A stretch of 64,000 nucleotides of DNA from Chrysemys picta bellii. Taxonomy: Eukaryota. The stretch is taken from positions 48,298,001 through 48,362,000 of the forward strand of contig NC_088795.1 of the NCBI RefSeq assembly GCF_011386835.1, in the 5' to 3' direction. The notes under the pieces are model-generated. The model was not told the origin of the DNA, did no database searches, and saw only the letters and a program-made list of their open reading frames with translations. Both the position numbers and the translations under genes were made by a program. Positions 51,381 to 64,000 of this stretch are shown piece by piece. The number at the start of each line of letters is the position of its first letter. Positions within the stretch are counted from its first letter, which is position 1.

Positions 51381-54300
51381 GGCTTGTATTATTTGGAATG
51401 GTACTAAGGTGTTCTGCTCTTCAAAAAGGATTTTAAGTCATTTTGCCAGCAGTCTTCCTGGATCCTTTGTGATTTTTGCAGATCTTTTTCTACTGTAATT
51501 AACTTGCTTATTTTTCTCTGTTGTCTCTGGATAATCTGAAATAGAAGGCAAGATTTATTTGCCTTCCTGGTTCTATCTTATCTATATTGTACTGTCATGT
51601 AACAGAGGCACATGAAGTTGCACATAATCCAGTTGCTTCATTCAATGTAGAAACTAAAGTTTTTTGCCTCGGTATAGTGCAAATTCTTTCTGCCATTAAT
51701 AAATTCTCAGCGATCAGAAAAATGAGCCAGAATGATAAAAGGATTCTTTAATTAAAGAATTGACAACAAATATTAAATTTAAAGATAGAAGATATGGGTT
51801 TAAAAACTACCACTTTTATAAAAATTTTTTAAACCGAGAGTCCATTGTGGGAAAACAAAATAGGAATATATTGTACCTAACAAACCAGCAAAACTCACTG
51901 TTCCCAATTCTGGTGACTGTCATAGGAAGTGGAGCTAACCAAGTCTCAGAAACCACCAAAATCATCAGGATAGCATGGAGTTTGTCTAAGGCAATGACAG
52001 TAGCAGGACAAGCAGATCATTGGGTTGCAAAAAAAAAAAAAAACCCTTCCGACATCTAAAACACACTTTCTTAGAGCCATTGTCAACCAAGACCTTCACC
52101 TCACACCTGACTATTTCCTACTTGCTTCCAGCTGCCATAGAATCTTAACTGTACTGAACTGAGTATTTTTGTTCACCTGAGCAAGATCTCTCTCTATCCT
52201 GAGCATGTTCACTCTAGTGTGAGCTGTCCAAGTGTCAGCACAGTGCCTTCCCCTACAGTTTAGCAGAAAAGAGGGTTGCAAATGATCTTCCAACAGTTTT
52301 AATTTTCCTTCATCTAGGTTTACCATTGGATCACCTCTTGTACCTTGAATCTTTGCATATTTTAACACCTTTTTTACTGTTCTCTTTTATCCCTATTCCA
52401 TTCTGTTATAAGTACTTTTTCAGTCTGCAACTTTAGTTTTGATTCTGATTTTTCACAGAATCCTCCAGTTTCTTCACATTGGCTTCCAGTTTCTCCTACA
52501 GAGTGTCATTTTTGTGCATATTTTCTAAAAAGCAAATTTTATATAATGTTGCTCTGATCCCTTTAAACATTCTTTTTTTTCTCTTCCAGTTCTGCTTGCA
52601 GTTCTGAAAGGATGCAAACTGTCTTTGCATTATCCTTGGTTCAAATGCTTCACACGGAGCCTTTTTGGGCCAACTTGTAATAGTCATTCATGATCCTTTC
52701 TGCAGTGGTCTGAGGAATAGGCATTACCTCCCAAAAGTTCTAGTCTTCTAGCATTTTCTCCTTTATTTGTGGATCCAGAGTATTGGATGTCAGTAATAGT
52801 AAAATATTCAAACCTTTCTGAGAATGAAACTGTTCGTATCTTACAGTGGACTTGCTTTAAGAGGGGAGGTGATGTGGAGCCCTCCAAGTCATCTGGGAAA
52901 GATGAACTTGATGTGAGTCTTTTTGACCTTTTGATCAGACACTTTAGACTCTTTCTCCTCCATTACTGGCCTTTCTGTCTGAGACTACAACTGTTGGGAA
53001 GACAAGTCAGTAGACACAGGAAGGTGGTTAGATCTCACTCCCTTGCAGGATGGATATTTATATAAAGGAGACCATCATTTATTCCCCTTTGGAGACTGAT
53101 CTATTATGACTTCCAAGGCCAAATTGAGGCGACAAGACAAACAAGACAAGGAACCAATGACTCCATAAGAATGAAGTCCAAAAGGACTTAACTCATCCAG
53201 CAAACCCAAAGATAGTTTATGTATGGGTAAGTCCTCTTGCCATCTGCACCTACGGGTATAAGAAAACCTAAATAAGAAAATTAATGAGGAATCACAGCAT
53301 GGAACTCATGTTCCCCTACTGGTGGAGACTGGTGTAGGGGCTTCTGAGCAACAAAGCTTAACCTCTTCTCTGAGGCTCTAGTATTGTAACCCAGAGCAGT
53401 GTAACAAGGGAAAGAGCCTTACTATGATCAACTGAGAAGCAGAAAGGCAAAACCAATCAAACTGGTTCACTGCTTTTCCTGCTAGAGGAAATATTGGCAG
53501 AGGTGAACAGGGAGTTCCCAGAGTCCTCTGTGGTGAGGATACCTAAGATGAACAAATGACTCCCTACCCTTTAATATCGTACAGCTACTAGGAGATGACT
53601 GCACCATGCCTCATAATCTTATGTGGCATCCAGTTGGAGTGGGGCACTGGACAGCACCATCACACTTCAATTTCTTCCACCACACAAAGCACAGAGAGCC
53701 CAGTCAGTCTCTACTTAGGAAGGCACAGCACTAATAAGCCACTCATACTAACCTTCATGCTCCTCATTGGGTTGGGTGTGACCAGGTGCATCAATGGAAA
53801 TTTTATCAGGCCTAAAGCCACTTATGTGAGCATGCCTTTGACGTCAACATGTCCTTCAGCATGGATAGTATGAGAGGCTGTAGGAGTCTCTTTTAGAAGC
53901 AGTATGAAATATCCTCCCAATCTTTCAAAAGAATCTTTAAGCAGACAAGACAGAACATTTTTCTAAATTATGGGCTCGATCCTGCAAATATAGACCTATC
54001 CAAAAAGTAATTAATTTGTGTGTTTCCTAGATTGGCCTCTTATTTTAAAGGCAATGGGCCCCAAGGCTCATCTTACACTGGTGTAGATTGTGAGCAACTC
54101 CAATTAAGTTAATATAAATCAGTATAAATTGAAATCAAAATTGGGCACAAGACTGTTTAACCTTTAACTTTTATTTTGTAAAAAGTGCTTACCTGACTTA
54201 TTAGAAATCAGAAGCCATATATGTGGTGTCATATTTAAATCTCTTTTTTAACTCAGTCATCATTGAATATCATAGGCTCAACACCAAATCAGTCTATTTC

Positions 54301-55404
54301 ATTTGCTCCCCAGAGAGCCAACATTTATTGGATTTATTTTTCATTATTTACAATGGAAATGAGCTCATCACTATTCCACTTTACATTTCTTATTAATCAA
54401 TTCACTTTTCTAGCTTGCAATCAGTTTATTAGTTTCAATAAGTGCTTCATGAATTGTTAATAACATAAAACAAAAACAAAACCCTAGAAACTGGTAAGAA
54501 CTGACTCCCTTTGAAAATGTTGGCCTCATGCCACTATTATGTGTGAATGATATGAAGTAACTGCAGTGTTATCATATGATAACAAGATAGCATTAGCATC
54601 CCTCTCTGTAGGTTAACTTGACCATAAGGTTGCATTGTCAGTGTATGACTAAATTTAATATTATATAAAAATCACCTAGAATCTCTTAAACATATGGGGT
54701 TAATGTGTGTCACTGTATACATATAACATATGCCATAGGGATAGTTCTTACACTCACCCATATAAGGTGTTTTTAAGGCACTTGTCAGGTGTTTCTTCAA
54801 AGGCCTTATCCAAAGTGAAGAAAAAAATAAATTCTCATCTGTGTCCAGAACCACATCAAATCATATAGAAGAATATTTTAAGTAGAGCTGGGTGAAGAGT
54901 AGAAAAATATATTCATATACATTCAAATTAAACTCACTTCATGGTTCAATATGTCCATGTTCAGACCTTCATTTTGTACAATTTTCCATACATATTAGTC
55001 CAACTACTTTTGTTTGCATATAGGTTTGGGGAAGAGCTTTTATTCATTCAAATTTTCATGTTGAATTTGAATGTGAACATGTTTATTTGCATGTAAATGA
55101 GAACATTCATGTTAAAAGTACTTGCCTGGTCATCATCTATGTCTAAAAGATTTTCTCTGAGGAAAAGGCAGAATTGAACTGCTGGCTAGGTAAGTGGTGT
55201 AGGATTTTGGTTTTGTGAAACATTAGTATACATTCTATGGAGATAGTGCTGTATAGTTTGGACGATCTTCACCTCAGTAAAATCAGAATCAATCTCCTTG
55301 AGGCAGATGGGCTAGACGAGTCAGGAGTGTATTAAATTAATAACAAAGGAGGAGGGTAAAAAGAGGGAAGACTGAGCACTCATTTAGCATAAATTATTTA
55401 ATTT

Positions 55405-57355
55405 CCTAAAACACGAATGCTAGGAGACCTGGGCAACAAGCAAGAGGTACTGTAATTGAGCATTTATGAACAAAAATTCAATCTAGTTGGTATACTTGAA
55501 ACCTGGTGGAATGATTCACATGTTTGGAATGTTAAAATCAATGGTTATAAGCTATTTGGAAGGATCAAGTAGGTAAAATGTATGGGGGAGTGGCACTCTA
55601 TGTCAAAAGTTGCATTACCTGTTTGTGACTCACTGATGACTCCGAAGAAAATGATCTTGAATACTCATGGATCAATGTCCTACCAGATAAAGCACAAGAT
55701 GGGATATTAGTTAATGTCTGCTACAGACCACCAAATCATACTACATACAACAGAATGATCCGTTCCTTAAGTACCTATCTATAATGTGTACGACAAAAAG
55801 CTGTGTTATCATGGGGGACTTCAATTGAGTGACAGATGTTGGAGATCTCTTGCTGCCAGCACTAAAACATCCTTGGAATTTCTAGATATAGATGTCAGTT
55901 TCCTAAATCAACAACAGTTACATCCAACATGGGGGGATTGATAAAGAGGAATTGATCACAGAACTAAAAATCAATGATACACCTCTACCTCGATATAACT
56001 CTGTCCTCGGGAGCCAAAAAATCATTTCCGTGTTATAGGTGAAACCGCGTTATATAGAACTTGTTTTGATCCATCGGAGTGCGCAGCCCCCCCCCCCGAG
56101 CACTGCTTTACCACGTTATATCCGAATTTGTGTTATATCATGAGTAGAGGTGTAGTTCAGGTACAAGTGATTATGACTTGGTCACATTTATAATGTGAAA
56201 ACAAAATAAAAGGGCCAATTTCAGAAAGATGAAAACTATTATGAAGCAAATCAGCTGTGAAGAAGAATTTAATCAGAAAAAAATGTGAATGATAATTGGG
56301 AATAAGCCATATTGTTATAAACAACATGGTTTGGAGGGGAAGTGAAGGCAGCTATAAAAAATATTTTGTACATATAAAAACAAATGGAAAAAAGAAAAAG
56401 TTAATAGTAATTTTTATAAATCAGATGTTAGGAATTGTAGAAAATTGATAAAGGAAGCAAAGGGACAAAAAAGAGATCTCTATGGACATCAGAGTTAAGG
56501 ACAATAAGAAGTAGTTTTTAAAGTATATGAGATGCAAAAAGAATCCTAAATATGGTATTGGTCCATTATTAGATGGAAATGGTAGAATTATCAATAATGA
56601 AGAAAGACAGAAGTGTTCAACAAATATTTCTGTTCTGATGTGGGGAAAAACAGATGGCACTGTTTCCATTACTCTTGTATCAGGTGGCTGTAAAACAGAT
56701 GCTACTAAAGTTAAACATTTCTAAATCAGCAGGTCTAGATGACATGAATCCAAGAGTTTTAAAAGAGCTGGCTGAGATGTTCACTGGATCATTAATGTTG
56801 ATATTTAATAAATCTTGGGACACTGGGGAAGTTCTAGAAGACGGGAAGAAAATTAATATTGTTCTGATATTTCAAAAGGATAAATGATATGACACAGATA
56901 ATTGTAGGCCTATCAGTCTGACATTGATCCCAGGCAAGATAATGGAGGAGCTGATACAGGACTCAGTAATGAAGAATTAAAGGAGGATAATTAATCCCAA
57001 TAAAAAAGGGTTTATGGAAAGTAGTTCCTGTCAAACTAAATATATTTTTATGAGATTACGAATTTGATCAGTAAAGGTAATAGTATTGGTATAATATACA
57101 TTGACTTCTGTAAAGTATTTGGTTTGATACAGCATAACATTGTGATAAAAAAAAAACCCTAGAATGATAAAAAATTAACATGGCACACATTAAATGGATT
57201 AAAAACTGACTAACTGATAGGTCTCAAAATGTAATTATGAATGGAAATCATTATCAAGTGGGGATGTTTCTAGTGGGGTCCCACAGGGACTGGCTATTGG
57301 CCCTATGTTATTTAATGTTTTTTTATCACTCTCCTGAAAGAAAATATAAAAAAAA
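55405..57355 (+). mobile_element. Decayed CR1 LINE ORF2 (APE endonuclease plus N-terminal RT part), internally deleted
   Basis: Broken frames give APE motifs (DLVGI.ETWW.DSH, VCYRPP, VIMGDFN) and RT-region motifs (KSAGLDDMNPRVLKELA, NCRPISLT, GVPQG). It stops just before the ADD catalytic motif. Confidence 0.85.
55980..56152. mobile_element. Tc1/mariner (Tigger-like) MITE nested in CR1
   Basis: TA TSDs at 55978-55979 and 56153-56154; ends CACCTCTACC..GATATAAC / rc CACCTCTACT...GATATAAC. Removing it restores the CR1 reading KINDSSGTSD. Confidence 0.85.
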
Positions 57356-57369
57356 CTGGTTGATTTGTT

Positions 57370-58660
57370 GGCCAAGGAACAATTTTGTTATGGGTGAGGT
57401 GAAGGCAGCCATCTGTGACAAAAAACCTTCCACAGTTCTGGAAGCTGCAAAAATAGCTAACAGATATGTTGAATCAAGGGCTCATTTGGGGGTGTGGGAA
57501 GGCACAAATCCCAGGGGAAAGGAAATTCCCCTGTCCCACAGGCTAAGAAGGAGAAGGGATCTGGAAATAATAAACCTATTCCCAACTTCAATAAAAAAAA
57601 ACAAAGGAACCCACGTTTTAAAACCCCCTACACAAAGGAAAGGTAGATAGTCTGCCATCATTGTGGGCTCCTGGCCATATGAAACCAAATTGCACAAAAC
57701 TTAAGGTGACTCCATGATCCACAACTCCGAATGTGAGTACTATTACCATGGTACCAGAGGCAGCATTAGAGAAGCTGCAGGAGCCAGTGAACTATGTTAG
57801 GACTGAGTCTTGGGAAGGTAGTGAAGAATGTATTAAGGATGCTAAAGTAAATGGCATCAATTGTAAGGACTGGAGGGACAGAGCATCTCAAGTCACTTTA
57901 GTCAAGGAAATTTTGGTAAGAGTTTAACTATATTAGCTTTGACTGAATTCTCTGTAACTGTGCCTCTTGCTAAGGTCCACCTTGAGAGGGAGGGTTTTAA
58001 AAGAGTGATTATTGTGGACATCAGAAACCGGCTTCCTGCTGATATCTAACCATGTCTAAGCATGTTAATGTCATTACCTGCAGCCACAAAGAGTATGTCT
58101 CTAATTCGCCTTCTTTGTCTGTGGACAGCAGGGAGAGCAGCTGGGGTGGAGTGGGGTGGGGGTGGGGAGTGGGGAGAGGGAATGCCCACAGACCTTTGTC
58201 AATTGAGGGTAGCAGTTTGTCCTCAAAGGAGGAATTTGAAAATTCCACTGCTTTGCCAGAGTCTGCTCTAAACTCAAATGAAACTCAAAAGGAGTTTATT
58301 GAAGCTCAACAGGCTGTCCCTTCCATGGACCAAGAAAGTTCCAGCTGAAAACAATACCCTGCCTGGTGAAGGGAAGGGTAGTTTTTTTTTTTCTTTTTCT
58401 TGAAGGAGGTTTGTTATATAGAGAGGTTCCCATAGGGAGAAAGACATCTTGGTGAGGTTTGCAAGCGATTGTGTCTGATAAATACAGAACATAGTTGCTG
58501 CAATTAGATCATGATTACCCATTTTTTCTGGATTCTTAGTAATGGAGAGAACCTGTGACAGGTTTAAACACAGTTTCTATTGGCCTCACATGTTTGTAAA
58601 AAAAAAATACTGTAAGAGTTGTGACTTATGTCAGAAGCATAAGAGATTAAAGCCACTCTG
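57370..58660 (+). mobile_element. Degenerate Gypsy-type LTR retrotransposon internal region (gag, protease, integrase zinc finger)
   Basis: Gag-like EVKAAICDKKPSTVLEAAKIANRY; CCHC knuckle CHHCG..GHMKPNC (57653-57693, frameshifted); protease-like VNG...WRDRASQVTLVK; integrase zinc-binding region ERTCDRFKHSFYWPHM...YCKSCDLCQK. Confidence 0.75.
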
Positions 58661-61600
58661 CAAGACACCTTTGCGGCTTTATCCATCATCATTGGGTTTT
58701 TTGCCCTGCTTCTTGACTGTCTGCTCTGAGGTTGGCACTCATGGGTCATGAGCCACTCCAGACAGTGTGACACTGAGCACAGGTAATCAAGTAAATCATC
58801 ATTTATATCTTTAAAACAGTTACGATGCTTGCTAAATTAGTGCAAATGAAACTACAGCTATTATGTAAAGGAGTAAGCGAAGAAACAAAGATTTTTTAAT
58901 TTTTTTATTTAAATGGGATTTGCAGTAAGTTTTAAGCCTAGTATTTAACTTGAGGCCTAGTGGTAGTAATAGTTAGCACCAGGCCACATTAAATCTACTA
59001 GAAGTTAGTATTAGTAAATAAGCTTGGGTCAGAAGATTTAGCAATAAATATCTTGTGATAAACTATCTAGACTGTAAAGGCTTTATTCAGCCAGACTTTC
59101 TTAACTTCTTTGTATGTCGTCTCTGTGCAAATGCTTATGATAATTGTCGGAACCCCCAAAATGGACAGCAGGAATGGTGAATATGGGCAAGAGGCCAAGA
59201 CTTAACCAGATATGGTTTTGGAAATATGTGGGTGTAAGGAATAGGTGCATAAAGATGGAATCAAATCCATCTTCAGCAGGACTTTGGGATAGAAGGTTGG
59301 TGATAACCTTAAGTCTCAATCTCACTTTAAGGGAAGAAATCACCGTCCTACAGATTTGTGAGTATATGTGATGCGGATTCTGTTGTTGTTCTTATCTTTT
59401 TTCTAGTTCTGTGATTTTGCTTATATTGATCATAGTACTAGTAAAACTGATAAAGTCTCTACATGTGTCTCACCAATCATCTTCTTAGTTAATCTCTAAT
59501 CAGCTACCAAAGAAAGAACCTGTTATTCATGACAAGTGCATTTTGCGCCCCAAATTAATCATAGGGCTACAACAGTCAAAGGAGAGATCACTTTTTAGGC
59601 TCCTGAATTTAGATTAAGTTTTAGATCTGACATGTGGAAATCAGAACTAGTATTTTTAATGGACATTACCAAATACAGTGTTTTACTGAATAAAGATAAA
59701 GGGCCAAAGCCATCCTTCTGCATGTCACTTAGAAAAAAGAAAAATGGGGATTACTCATCTATGTGTGACAACTGAAATTAGCCTTTGCTTTTTTGATTAA
59801 AAGGATTAAAGTTGTTCAATATAGAGGTTCAGTCTTTGGGATAAATTGTGATATCAATTACACCAGTGTGAATTGGAGTATCTCTGTTTTCTGCAATACA
59901 TTTACTTAAGATTTACAGTGGTGTAATTAAGATCAAATTTTCACCCATTGCTATTAGACAAATTTTACATATGGGTAACCATTTATATATGGTTGCATGA
60001 TTTCTTACTGTCATAGAGGCAGGTCCTTCTGAGCAGAAACTGCTAGCACACTGTAAATTAGAACTCAGATTTTCAAACAGATGTGTACATAGTAGCATAT
60101 GTGGACATGCAACAAGACTTTTGCACATAAGCACACCTATGGAACAAGCAAGAGTCTGCACACACTAAAGTTCACATATATTTCACAATTTGGATACAGA
60201 TACATATCCATCACTCACACTAATACGCAAGGGAAAATCACTTTGTAGATGTGTACAAAACCTTTTTGATTCTTTCCCAACAAATACCTTTTCAAGCAGG
60301 CTTTTGCAACAAGACTCTCTTTGCACAATACTTAATATTTTCTTTTCCGTTTTTACTAGAGAGTTTACACTCAAATACTTTAAACTGAAAAAGTCCTGTT
60401 GTTAACAAAGCAATGAATAATTTTACTGAACTGTCTTGTTAAATTTTCTGGTCTTGACACTTCATTGGTTATGATGACCGTAAGGTTGCATTGCATAACA
60501 GAATGGGCTCACTTGGCTGGTGTCACATATCATAAGAATAAAGCATCACATCTGTGAAACTTAAAAACACATGATTAATTAAATTCTACTGTGGGGCAGA
60601 ATAGTTTTTAAAGTTAAAAATAAACTATTTTTTTAAAAAAAATCAATTAGTTTTAGAGAATACACCAAAGTTATATCTATATAATAAAACCAGAATTCCA
60701 CATGAAATATTGATTTTGTTACAAATCAATACATTAGGCTTGATCTTGATCTCAAACCAGTGTAAATCAGGATCATATTATTATACATTTGAGTACCCAA
60801 AAATATGCCAGTTGCCTCAAAACGACAAGTAAAAACATGCTCACATCCTCAAAGAGCAAACATCCATCTAGTTAGCATGAATCTCAAATGAAGGTAAGAT
60901 CAAAATGAAACCCCTTATGTTTATTCATCTATTTCATTCACACCCTCACCTCTTCCTTTCCAACAATCCCTCCTCCCCCTATAATGGGTAGGAAAAACAA
61001 CACAGTACTGTGTGTGATGTGTAACTATAGCTAATGAGCCAGATTTTGCTCTCAGTTACACCAGTGTAAATCAGGAGTATCTGTATTGACACCAATGGAA
61101 TTACTCCAGATTAGAATAGTTAATATATTAAAATAGTACCAGTTTCTATAATAGACGAAAGATAATTTTGTAGCCAGCCAATTTATCTGATACTCAAAAC
61201 TGTCAGATAACTGGGAATTTAGAAACTACAGGGAGCAGATCTAAAACTTCCACAGAGTGTTTGATGACCTTGAGGAAGTGAGCTAATACTGGAAACTCCT
61301 CTATCTGTTCCTTCTTCAGTCAGGGCTTTGTGGAAACTGGCTGGAACAGGCTGATTATTGCCACACACTTCTGTACAATCAGCTGGCCTTGAGGCAGTTC
61401 TTGGGAAACCTAAGAATTTCCTGAGGGGTTGAATTATTAGATTATTATTATATGATGTCATTTCACTATTGAGTACCAGGATGCCCTTTTTATGTTAAGG
61501 AGGGAGTTCATAAGATATATTTGATAAAAGCTGGGCAGTCAAGGAATTTCTTAGGCTTTTTTCTTAAGTAAACAGAGGGTTAAGTGAAGTTTGGAAAATA

Positions 61601-63384
61601 CTGATGCTATTTGCACTCATATTACTCAGGAAATTAATGGTCTTTGTACTACAGCAGTTGTAGAGATATGTTTGTAGAAAATTATAATTTAGAGATGCTC
61701 CCTTCTAGGGGACAGTATTATGAGCATAGGAATTTGGAGCTGTGCCCTGGAGGCGGGGACTGGGAATACAGCATAGCTGTTCACCAACGATGCTCTCCAG
61801 TTAGTTTTATTCCTTTCTCATTCACTGATTTGTTATTTAATGAACCCCAAGATTTGACAGCTGTGGTCACCTGAATTTATTCCTGTCTCATAATTGGAAT
61901 GCATCATTTTTTGCAAGAAATTCCTGTATAGGCCAAAAGAGAAGTAATTTATTCAAGTGACCATAAGTTTATACTAATATATATGAAACATGAGAAAAAC
62001 CTCTTTATCATGATTTTTTAAAATGAAATAAAACGTTATTAGATTTCTCTGTCTCTAGCTGGAGCTTTTCTAAACATCTCCCATCATCATTCCCCAAGCA
62101 CAACAGTAACGTATTTATACAGTATTTTTATGGTCAAAGTAATCTTAACCCCGTTAACTGTCCTTTGTCGAATCATAATTCATTATTTTAGTTATAGTAA
62201 CATCATTTTATGGTCATATTTTGATACCATACGGAAATAAACTGAACTAAATATATAATATTAAGATCATCATAGATATATTTTCCATAAACAATGTCTA
62301 AAGTAGCCCTTAATTAATACTTCATTTTGCTTTAAATTCTTTTCAGGGCACAAGTTCAAAGTATGGCCTCTTGGTGAATGCATAAGTTCATAGTAAATTT
62401 CCTACATCATTTCTAAGCATTTCAGTTCTGAGTGAAAATGGGATTTGTATGAGTAAATTTTATCCTGTGAATACACAAATGATACTGCACAAATTGTGTG
62501 GGCAAGTGATTATCCTGCCAGTAGTTGTGTAGGCACAAATATGGGCCAGCTTGAAGCTACTTTTAATATCTGGCAATAAAAATACATACTTTAGGCCATA
62601 TTGCTCCATTCATTATCATATACTAAGAGCTGTCCGTCTCTATTTATTTGCACTTATAGTACATTCAGAACTATTTATCTGCAGTCCTTTATTAAGCATA
62701 ATGGCTTAACTGCCAAAAGATGTCACCATATTGTAGGGGATCAAAGAGAAGAACAACAAAAATGATTAAGGGTCTGGAAGGGATAGAACGTGTCAAAGGA
62801 TTAAAATAACTAAATATGGATTGGTCATACTATAATCCAAAAGTCCCCAAACATAGTCCAAATCACCCCCCCCCCCCCCGCAGTGCATGTAGTCTTTGAA
62901 ACCCAACTTTGTTCTCACCATACCTAGATTCTTTGTCAGTCCTACTTTGTCCCTCTGCCAAGACAGCCAACACAGTCCTTCCTTCTGACATGCAACCCCA
63001 TTCATCTCAGTGGGAACTCCCACAGTCTTTCTGCTGGGAGCATCCTTGCCAGGGAAGCATCCCTCACTCCGCCTGGCCCTCTTGTGGTTCCTCTGGGGCC
63101 CAGCTCTCTGGCAAACAGACATCACCAGGTAAACCCTTTGACTGCTCCCACTTCCTTTAGCCCTCTTTGGCCCTTGGCTCTCTGACTGAGCGCCAGCAAG
63201 CATCTCCATCTGCTACTCCTTTTGCCATCAGCTGTCTCTGGTCTTGGCTCTCTGGCTTGGGAACACCAGTGAGCAAACCTTTCTTGCTGTTTTCTTGTCT
63301 TCAGCTCTTTCCTAGGAACCACCTTCTGCCTCTGGCAGATCTCATCTCCTGTCCTTCCTGACTGAACTAGTTTATGCTCCCTGG

Positions 63385-64000
63385 GTCGTCGTCTTCTTCA
63401 GTGTCGTCTTCTGCTTTATCATGAAGCAAACGGGTGTATGGAGTCTATAACCACCACCTACTATAGTCGTCGTACATTCATGCCACTAAACTCTTTTACC
63501 CTGCTCTTTCTCATTAAAAACAAAATATAGTAGAGCTTTTTTAATGTTAACCCACTTTCCCAGTACTTTCACTAAACACCTCATAGTATATTCTGTCACC
63601 TGAAAAGTTCTTCAAAATTCTTACTTACTCAAAGGAATCTTTATATCAGTTTCTCCATGTATTAAAGTATTTTTCACTTCTTTATCCACCATTTCATTGC
63701 CAAGTATCCTAGCATGTATTGGAATCCATGCTAGTACCGTGTTCACACCTGAACATACTAATTCTGTTATAAAAAACAATAATTAATTTATTATATCATT
63801 TGCTTTCTGAGGTACCCCTTTTAATTAACTTTATATCTGAAAAGATAAAAGATGCCATAGGCTGTACATCCCTTATCCAATCTAATGCTAACATTATTCC
63901 CACCAATTCAGGTGTCATAATGGCTACCAAATTAGATAGTCTTTCAGATTTCTGAACTCTAATCTCAGAGATGCAAAAGGCTGCTCCTACTCTACCCATT
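63385..64000 (-). mobile_element. 3' part of an RNase H-containing non-LTR retrotransposon (I/Nimb-like), decayed, runs off the window
   Basis: GRVGAAF...IMTPELVGIMLALDWI...FIFSD, then LAWIPIHARILGNEMVDKEVK (WVP.H.G..GNE.AD-like); degenerate GAAGA/GAC-rich tail near 63385-63415. Confidence 0.65.

Noticed and set aside
59250-59366. Candidate host exon ending in a GTGAGT donor
   Set aside because: Good donor, but no clear acceptor or recognisable peptide; it could be a UTR or lncRNA exon but cannot be supported from sequence alone.
62791-63370. Possible fourth solo LTR on the minus strand
   Set aside because: LTR-like composition and a TGTCA end at 62791, but no matching terminus or TSD was found.
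1-64000. CRISPR arrays, prokaryotic operons, tRNA genes and a functional rRNA gene
   Set aside because: No repeat-spacer array or full cloverleaf was seen; the DNA is vertebrate, and the 28S match is partial and decayed.

Overview
Eukaryotic, AT-rich, CpG-depleted vertebrate DNA, most likely from a turtle. That assignment is inferred from recognised repeat families, not from a database search. No host protein-coding gene could be supported; the window looks intergenic or intronic and is rich in transposable elements. Main contents: (1) A young, nearly intact 5.5-kb PIF/Harbinger DNA transposon (10938-16481, TTA TSD). It carries an uninterrupted 433-aa DDE transposase and a convergent, spliced Myb/SANT-like partner gene with one frameshift, plus an internal ~0.8-0.9-kb duplication that triplicates the transposase start sequence. 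(2) A second, decayed Harbinger with the same two-gene design in the opposite orientation (about 41646-46690). (3) Four Penelope-like (PLE) retroelement remnants, each with a minimal type I hammerhead ribozyme motif. Two of them are short fold-back insertions with TSDs, and three end at the same register 55-57 nt after the predicted cleavage site. (4) A decayed internal 28S rRNA fragment. (5) Three solo LTRs, a Gypsy relic with apparent PR-INT (Gmr1-like) domain order, an RNase H-bearing non-LTR relic, CR1 and L2 fragments, hAT/Harbinger/Tigger-type MITEs and microsatellites. Family names come from motif recognition and should be confirmed with RepeatMasker/Dfam.
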